This document shows, one piece after another, positions 55,807 through 64,000 of a DNA stretch of 64,000 nt. The stretch spans positions 87,420,001 to 87,484,000 of the forward strand of contig OX597824.1 of NCBI GenBank assembly GCA_951406725.2, written 5' to 3'. The position numbers were made by a program, and so were the translations under genes. The notes under the pieces were generated by a model. It made no database searches, was not told where the DNA came from, and saw nothing but the letters and a program-made list of their open reading frames with translations. Within the stretch, counting starts at the first letter, position 1, and every line of letters begins with the position of its first letter. Source of the DNA: Octopus vulgaris (Eukaryota).

Positions 55807-56899
55807 GTGTGTGGTGTACTGTTCTGTGATGGTATGATCAACAAAAAATGTACTCCCTCTGGTGAGAGATAAATATTATTTAATAAACACAGTATATATT
55901 TTTTATGAGCTACAAATAGTCTCATGTGATGAAAAACAACACAGACAGCATTTAATAACATGCCTGGTGCCTTCATGCAATCCTCGGGTTCTGCCCCGCA
56001 TGGTACATGCACAACAAGATCCTTTCAGTTTCTGTCTACCAAATCTACTCACAAAACTTTGGTAAGTGTGAAGCTATAGCAGAAAAAAAAATAATTTGCT
56101 CAAAGAGCTGCAAAGTGGGATTGAACCTGAGACTACATGGTTAAGAAACAAAATTTTTAACCACACAGTCATGCCTGCACCTTAAAAAAAATATGCAGTC
56201 TAAAAAAAATACATGTATATACATATATATACATATATATTTTAAATACTGCTGTGGAGTGTGTGAACTCTTAAAAGTATTTGACATTAAGCCAGTTGTC
56301 CGATAAAATTTATTGATAGGTTTGCTACAATACAATTGATGTCAGCTTAATCAGCATCGATACAATTATTCATTCTGACAGACATTTTACATTTTCCTGT
56401 AAGATTATTCATCTGAAACTTTTTCATATCGCAAATATATTTGTTTGTTTTTGTTTGTCTTCTATACTATATATTTTATCTGTTTTAATAATGCTGACAC
56501 ATTTTTGTTTTTCTTTCTGCTGCTTTCGTTCGATGATGTGATAAACTGGGAAGTTTACTTAAGTTTTGTTATTGCTAATTGATTGAGAGACAGTTTTTCT
56601 CCCTGGAGTGGATAGCATCATGCTGTTGCCACCGTTGTTCAGACAATTACTGGACTACAATTTCCATATTTCTGAGACAGGGACATTAGACATCAACAGA
56701 CATTGATAAACCTTAAATATTCACTCTGACACTGCCTACAGGCATTGGTGAATGCAGTGAGCCATCTAGAAGTTCCGAGTTCATTCCCATGCATGGCACT
56801 AAGGCAATAGTTCCCAACCTGAGGTCCGCAGACCCCTGGTGGTCCACAAAGGTAGTACTGGGGACCTGTGAACTAACTTCAAAATTTCATATATAAATA

Positions 56900-57006
<107 letters not shown>

Positions 57007-57093
57007 AATCCAAACGGGAAAACAAAAAAACAACAACAATGGAACAATTACAGTATTATTATTAATAGGCGCTCAGGAAATGGAAGCAGGAGG

Positions 57094-57130
57094 GTATGAC
57101 GTTTCGAGCGGAGCTCTTCGTCGGAAACAT
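57094..57130 (-). ncRNA. Minimal variant hammerhead ribozyme (U4C core)
   Basis: CCGACGA-A-GAGC tcc GCTC-GAAA-CG-TC; stem I weak. Confidence 0.55.
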
Positions 57131-59889
57131 AAAGAAGGAAGAGAGAGGAAAGAAAGATCCCAAAGCGGGCAACAGGGATAGAGAAAAAAAACGACTGGTG
57201 TTTACGAGTTACACATGGTGAAAGGCGGAAGTTTACGATAACAAGAGCAAAGTAGGTTTTTAAAGGCAAAAGAGTGGAGACAAGGTTGGTAACGCAACAG
57301 ATGTGTGTGTATGTGTGAGTGTGTGCGTGTGCGTGTGTGTATGTGTGTGTGTGAGGCGAGATAAAAAAACAAAAAATATATGTATGTGTTAGTGTGTGCA
57401 TCTGTGTGTAGGCGTGTGAGGTAGGGCGAGACAGTGGTAGGCATAGCAGACACTGGTCAGTAGTAAGAAAAAGAAGGAAGGAGGAAGGGAGGGAGGGGGA
57501 AGGGGTGGGGGCGTAAGTAGCGTGCCAGCGTGTGTTGAGTAGTAGTGTGTGTGTGTGTCCAGTGTCGTGGTAGTAGTAATGGCGAGTAGATTGAATGTGT
57601 GTAAGAGTAATGTATATATTTAAGCAATGTGTGTATATGTGTGCGCGTGTGTGTAACAAAAAAGGGGGGGGGTTAAGGAAAAAGGACTCCAGCTGAGGGG
57701 AAGATGGAAGAGTGGTAACGCGGAGACGGGCGTGGGAAAACCCAACGACAAGCGACGGTCCCAGGAACGAGCGGGAGGTCTCGTCGGGTCCAAGAGCGAG
57801 GTGCAAGCGGCGCGTATGCGTGCGCGAACCGGCGCAAGCGCGTGTGTGCGTGCACCCGCGAGTATGCGCATAAGTATGTATGTGTGTGGATGTGTGAGTG
57901 TGTCTGTGTGTATGTCTGGGTGTCAGTGTGTCCGATGAAATGTATGTGAGTATGTGTGTATATATGTGTGTGCATAGATGTATGTCCGTGTGTGTGTGTG
58001 TATGTGTATGAGTGTGTATGTATGTACGTGTGGGTGTGTGGAAGTGTGTGTATGTGCATGTGTGTGCGCGTACATACAGGTGTGTGAGTGAGTGTGTGTG
58101 TGTGTATGTATGTGTGAGTGTGTATGTATGTGTGTGTAGGATGCATGTATGTGTATGGGTGTATGTATGTGTGTGTGTATGTATGTATGTGTACGCGCGT
58201 GTGTGTGTGTGTATGCGTGTAGGTGTGCGCGTGTGCATGCATGCATGCATGTGCGTATGTGTGTGTGTGTGCATGTGTGTGGGTATATATGTATGTGCGT
58301 ATATGTGTGTGTATGTGCGTACATGTGTGTGTGTGTATGCATGTGTGTGTATGTAGGTGTGTAGGCGTGTGTGTATAGGTGTATGTATGTAAGTATGTAT
58401 GGGTGTGTCCGTGTATGTGTGTGTATGTATGTGTGTGTATGTAGGTGTGTGGGCGTGTGTATATGTGTGTGTATGTAGGTGTGTGGGCGTGTGTATATAG
58501 GTGTATGTCTGGGTGTGTCCGTGCATGTTTGTGTGTGTGTGTGTATGCATGTGTATGTAGGTGTGTGTGTACGTGTGTAATGTATGTGTGTATGCGTGCG
58601 TGTGTGTATGTAGGTGCGTGTGTATGTGTGTGGGAGTGTAGGTGTGTGTGTGCGTGTGCGTGTTTATGTTGGTGTGTGCGTATGTGAGTGTGAGTGTATG
58701 GGTGTTTGTCATGCATGTGTGTGCGCGTGCAGGTGAGTGTGTGTGTAAGTATGTGTGTGTGTATGTTTGTGTGAGTGTGTATGTGTGTATGTCTGTGTGT
58801 ATGTATGTGCGTATAGGAGTATGTAGGTATGTGTGTGTGTATGTGTATGGGTGTATGTATGTATGTGTGTGTGTGTGCATGTGTATAAGTATATGTGTGT
58901 GTGCGTATGTGTGTGTATGTGTATGTGTGTGTGTTTATGTATGTGTGTATGTATGTGTGTAGGCGTGTGTGTGTAGATGTATGTATGTATGGGTGTGTGT
59001 CTGTGTGTGTTTGTGTGTGTGTGTAGGTAGGTGTGTGTGTCTGAGTGAGGGTATGGCTGTGTAGGTGTGTGTGTGTATGAATGTAAGTGTGTGTGTGTAC
59101 AAGTGTAATGTATGTATGTAGGTGTGTGTGTGTGTGTGTATGTGTACGTGTGCGTGTGTATGTGTGTGTGTGTATGCGTGTGAGTGTGAGTGTATGGGTG
59201 TATGTCTGTGTGTGTGTATGTCTGAAGTAGGTATGTGTGTGTATGTATGTATGTGTGTGTGTGTGCGGGTATGTGTGTGTGTGTGTATGTGTGTGTGTGA
59301 GTAGGTGTGCGTGTATGTATGTGGGTAGGGATGCATGCGAGTGTGGGGGTATGTATGCATACATACGCACGCGCACATCCGAAGCAAGCCCACACACACG
59401 AAGCGCGCTCACGCACACAACGCGCAAGCAGTACAACGCAAGCCCAAGGGGCCGACCAAGCCCCCAGCGCGCGCCAAGACGTGTATGTGTGTGTGCATTC
59501 AGTGTAAGGGTGTGCATGTGTGGGTATGTATGTATGTGTGTGCCTACATGTATGTGTGCATGTGTGTGTGTGTGAAGTATGTACGTGCGGTGTGTGTGTG
59601 TGAGTGTGTGTGTATGTATGTGCGTATGTATGTGTGTATGTATGTGTGTATGTATGTCTGTGTGTGTGTGTGTGTGTGTGTGTAAGTATGTATGTGTGTG
59701 TGTATGTGCATGTTGGTTTGTATGTTAGTGTGTGCATGTATGTCTATAAGTGTGTGTGATTAAATGTGTGAATGTATGTACGTAGATGGGTCTAGGTATG
59801 TGTGTGTGTGAACAGGCGTGTCGGAGGTAGGTGGGTGGGTGTGTGTGTGTGGTGTATCCCGGAAAAAAAAAAAAAAAAAAAAGGGGATC

Positions 59890-60231
59890 TCAAGAGGAGG
59901 GGGCTGTGTTAAGTCCGTGTGGGGTGGTAGTTTGTAGGGTGAAGATGTAGCGTTGCTCCAAGTGGAGCCTGGAAAGTGGGCGACCTTTGTGGGGGGCGAG
60001 ACCAAACACAGAGATGTCATCTAGGGAATGGCCGGCCGAGCGGAAGTGGCGTGCGACGGGAGAAAAAGAGTGTAGGCGAACGTCCCTCAAGTGTTCAGTG
60101 AAACGGTCGGACAACCGGCGTCCCGTCTGTCCTACATACAGCATCCCGCATAGGTTGCATTTAATGCAGTAAATAAGGCCAGACGAGGTGCACGTAAAAG
60201 AGTGCCTAATGCATACAGTATGCTGGTTGGA

Positions 60232-60234
<3 letters not shown>
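59890..60234 (-). CDS. GIY-YIG endonuclease domain of a Penelope-like retrotransposon (5'-truncated ORF, no RT in window)
   Basis: Open frame GSNQHTVCIRHSFTCTSSGLIYCIKCNLCGMLYVGQTGRRLSDRFTEH...PVARHF...GHS...RLHLEQRYIFTLQTTTPHGLN* has LIY/YVG, catalytic-type R, E and N, and the CCHH residues of PLE endonucleases. Confidence 0.9.
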
Positions 60235-60273
<39 letters not shown>

Positions 60274-60595
60274 TATATTATATTATATATACTACATATG
60301 TGGAAAATCAGTGTGTGTTGACATACTTAGATTGTTGAAAAAAATCGATAATAGGGCCCTTCCAATGGATCCTTCTATCTACTACATATTAGTAATATTT
60401 TATTTAAACAACTCAAGGGAAATAACCCATACCAGATTTTAGTGAAGCGGTCAATATTTGATTCTCACGATTAGCTGACCTAATTTTGCATTTCACTACT
60501 CACAGTTTTCCGTCTGTTTTTCCTTTTTTTTTTTTACTGCTTGGTACTCCAACATCAGATGTCTGAAAAGCAGTGAAATTTAGTCAAATTCCCAA

Positions 60596-60957
60596 AACAA
60601 ATCTGAGCACTCACAGAGCACAAACCTCTGCCAAGGCAACACCAATGTCTTCTCAATGATTAGCCAGAGAGGATTTTTAAAATGAGAATATCTGAAACTA
60701 ACTCAATTGCTCTCACAAATGAGAATGCTAAAAATAAACCCGACTACTTTCAAAAATTAAGTAAAAAAAAAACGGAAAAATAATCCAGACAATGGTACTC
60801 AATCGATCCCCAAATCTAATCAGTTCTTACCAGTCACGATGCCAAACATCCCTGAAAGTTTCATCCGAATCCATCTAGCAATTCTTGTGATATTTTGTCC
60901 ACAGACAAACAAATGTGACTAAAAACAATACCCCTGCCTTTGCTAAGGTGGAGGTAA
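60596..60957 (+). mobile_element. Helentron-associated (HINE-like) non-autonomous element
   Basis: GAGCACTCACAGAGCACAAACCTCTGCCAAGG start, ACAGACAAAC repeats, end hairpin ACCCCTGCCTT-tgct-AAGGTGGAGGT and subterminal inverted repeats. Family assignment is from recall. Confidence 0.55.
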
Positions 60958-61778
60958 TCAACAGAAGTTCTTGAGGAAGAACAGAGCTGCTAAAATCCCA
61001 GTAAACACTATGATGGAAGTACAGGGATTGATCTGTTCGACTAAGACTCTTCAAGTCAGTGCCCCAGCATGGCCACAGTCTAATGACTGAAACAATTGAA
61101 AGATAAAAGATAACACAGGAAATGATTAAAATAAATGGAAAAAAAAAATTGTGCATTAATTCATCTCACAATCCAATACATGAAGTTTTATTTTTTTCTT
61201 TGGGCTTTGTTTTTATTAATATATTTTTACACAAAGAAAAGAAAGAAAAAACATCAAAAATATAAAAGATAAAAATTATTGAAAAAAAAACAGAAAAACA
61301 CCATAACTACTTCATCAAAGAAACAAATACAAAAAGAAAAAAAGGGGGTGGGGGAATAAATAGCAGAAGATGGGGGAGGGAGTAACGAGTTTTATACATC
61401 AGAGCAAATGGTGTATTTGGCCGTTCCTTGCGGACATCATTGTAAGTACATTGCTGCGGAAAATGACCGACAACTGAAGCAGATAATCTAAAAAATCCAA
61501 TCAATTACAAAAGTCTTGTTGCCATTGACACCATTTGAAGTGGGAAAATATTCTTTCAGAAACACAAAGAGGGGCCAAATTTAGTAAAGGATCACCACAC
61601 CACTACACATACATGCAACAATCATTATGTATTCTTATCTGATATGTATTGAATTTTATACTGTATATATGTATGTTATTAAGGCTCTCATTTTGTTAAA
61701 TAAATAAATAAGTCAACATTCTAATATCCTAAAGCTGATAAACCTACTAACGTGTTTCTCCATTTTCTTATTTGTAAT

Positions 61779-61829
<51 letters not shown>

Positions 61830-61950
61830 GTAAAAAAATACAAACTGGGACAAGAACGCAAAACGTTTTGAAGACGATACAAAAAACACGGATGGGACAT
61901 TCGAAGCCTTCAATCTTCAGTCAAGAACCGGATCATCCTCACAATTTCGG

Positions 61951-62018
<68 letters not shown>

Positions 62019-62023
<5 letters not shown>

Positions 62024-62160
62024 GACGAACGGGAACGTGAAACTCAGAGTAACAGGTTTTGTTGAATTTCTGCTGTTTTTAAATAAAGCATATTACTCTA
62101 CCACTGGTATTTGAGTACTCTTTTTTCCACCTTGTTTCACATTTATGTGTTTACTCCGGT
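62019..62160 (+). mobile_element. Short element between (TG)n and (TA)n with variant HHR
   Basis: TGT-CCGACGA-ACG ggaa CGT-GAAA-CTC a GAG-TA-ACA at 62019-62054. Confidence 0.6.
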
Positions 62161-62172
62161 ATATATATATAT

Positions 62173-62246
<74 letters not shown>

Positions 62247-62504
62247 GTAAGCACCAGTCTTAAAAGATAAATACTGAACCCTTTAAATTGATTCTCAAAC
62301 ATAGCCACAGTCCAGTGACTGAAACAAATAAAAAGCAATTAAAACAATAAAGAGAATTTGAATAAAAAAAAAGAAAATCAATAAAAAGAGTTAACATTGT
62401 AATCCCTTTATGATATTTCTAAAATAACATCTTGATTTGGATCCCTAATTTCTAACTTGTCAAAGGATTCCGGATCCCTGATTGGAAATGACACACCTCC
62501 TAAA

Positions 62505-62850
<346 letters not shown>

Positions 62851-63493
62851 CCAAACAAGGACATCGTAATTGTGGTTTGAATTATGATGACTAAATCACA
62901 AGGCAAGTACAGCATCACTCACCACCACCACTCACCACCACCACTCACCACCACCCCAATTTTTGAAAGATCAAAGATACCAGCAGCAGATGGAATGTTA
63001 AAAATGTAGCTTTTCCTGAAAAATTAGAAGAGAAAAGAGAGACAAAAAAAAACAGGTTTAAAACAATTTGTATGTTTTTCCATATATGAATATTATTTTT
63101 GTTTCGTTCATTCCGTCTTTTGAATCTTCCAGAGATAGATTTCCAGCGTATAATTCCGAATCGCTTGTTATCTTGAAGGTATTTGCTAGGACAAATCTAC
63201 ATTCCTCTTTCATGCCTCACAACTGTGTAATACTTTATTTATTAGCGTCCAACTAGAAGTTGTTAATACAAAGTTTTATAGGATCTTGAGATAAGGCTTG
63301 CCTGCCGTTCACCGTTATTCAGAAATAAGGAGACTTGTGCATGTGTGTTTGTGTGTTTGTGTGTGTGCATGTGTCTGTGTGCAGGCATGTGTGTGAGAAA
63401 GAGAGAGAGAGAGACAGAGAGAGAGAGATAGAGAGAGGCAGACAAAGAAACATAGAGACAGACAGATATATAGACAGACAGAATATGCTTATA

Positions 63494-63710
63494 TGATTAG
63501 GTGCTGAGAAGTTCTTGGTTTTAAGGGCATCATGAAAGGCCTGGTTGGTAGCCCAACCTTCTGAGTTCTTTAACAGGGCTTAGAAAAATTGAAGGACCAC
63601 TGCAATAAATGTGTGAATCTGAGAGGGGAATATGTTGGATAAAATCATAATTAATTGATCCTCTTGTGTTTTCTCTTACCCAAAGCCAGGACCTTTTCAG
63701 CACTCCCTCA
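63494..63710 (+). mobile_element. mariner deletion derivative
   Basis: TIRs GTGCTGAGAAGTTCTTGGTTTT / AAAGCCAGGACCTTTTCAGCAC. Internal GLEKLKDHCNKCVNLRGEYVG* is a mariner C-terminus. Confidence 0.75.
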
Positions 63711-63764
63711 TGTATGTATGTATGTATGTATGTATGTATGTATGTATGTATGTATGTATGTATG

Positions 63765-63821
<57 letters not shown>

Positions 63822-63945
63822 TGGTGGACTGGGTCTAAAAATATAGGTTGCCAGGAGACTAAGGGGGCCCACCTGCAACTACAATGCTATCATTTAATTT
63901 TTTTTTTTTTTTTGTTAAAAGTATTCTTTTTTCAACTGTCTACAA

Positions 63946-64000
63946 CAGTGGTTTTCAACCAGGTTCCGTGGAACCTTAGGGTTCCGCCAGTACAGTCCAG
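63946..64000 (+). mobile_element. hAT (Charlie-like) element 5' end, runs off the window (similar ends at 53543, 56805, 63819)
   Basis: CAGTGGTTTTCAACC start followed by hairpin GGAACCTTAGGGTTCC. Confidence 0.5.

Noticed and set aside
56651-56668. GGACTACAATTTCC ZNF143/ACTACA-like promoter motif
   Set aside because: Single imperfect match with no CpG island or other promoter evidence.
57048-59737. 610/614/342-aa His/Thr-rich ORFs
   Set aside because: Translation of stop-poor (CA)n sequence in several overlapping frames, with no domain content.
59890-60234. Standalone host or bacterial GIY-YIG nuclease gene
   Set aside because: The frame is open up to a (TA)n boundary, the domain has PLE-type CCHH residues, and a downstream HHR is present. 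This fits a truncated retroelement.

Overview
AT-rich, extremely microsatellite-dense eukaryotic (metazoan) non-coding DNA. The SINE repertoire resembles what I recall from octopus/coleoid genomes; this is an inference, not a database result. I can support no intact host protein-coding gene: almost every ORF in the track is translated simple repeat or SINE. The window is a mosaic of two abundant tRNA-headed SINE families, RTE and R4/Dong LINE 3' ends, Tc1/mariner, piggyBac and hAT remnants, Helitron/Helentron-type non-autonomous elements and a 28-bp minisatellite. It also holds a 5'-truncated Penelope-like element (PLE) with an intact GIY-YIG endonuclease. The most striking signal is a dozen or so type I hammerhead ribozyme (HHR) motifs, from canonical to degenerate, belonging to several unrelated short element families that mostly sit in (TA)n/(TG)n/(TAA)n tracts. 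They include (i) four fold-back elements with an HHR core at or near the hairpin centre (12.3, 53.0, 54.7, 55.1 kb), (ii) a tRNA-headed, HHR-carrying SINE-like element bounded by an inverted copy of its own 3' end (19.1-19.8 kb, further partial copies at 20.1 and 20.7 kb), and (iii) a canonical HHR at 46.97 kb. Together these suggest a community of small non-autonomous, ribozyme-bearing retroelements that may be mobilised by PLE enzymes. All ribozyme calls come from reading motifs and helices by eye; none has been tested.
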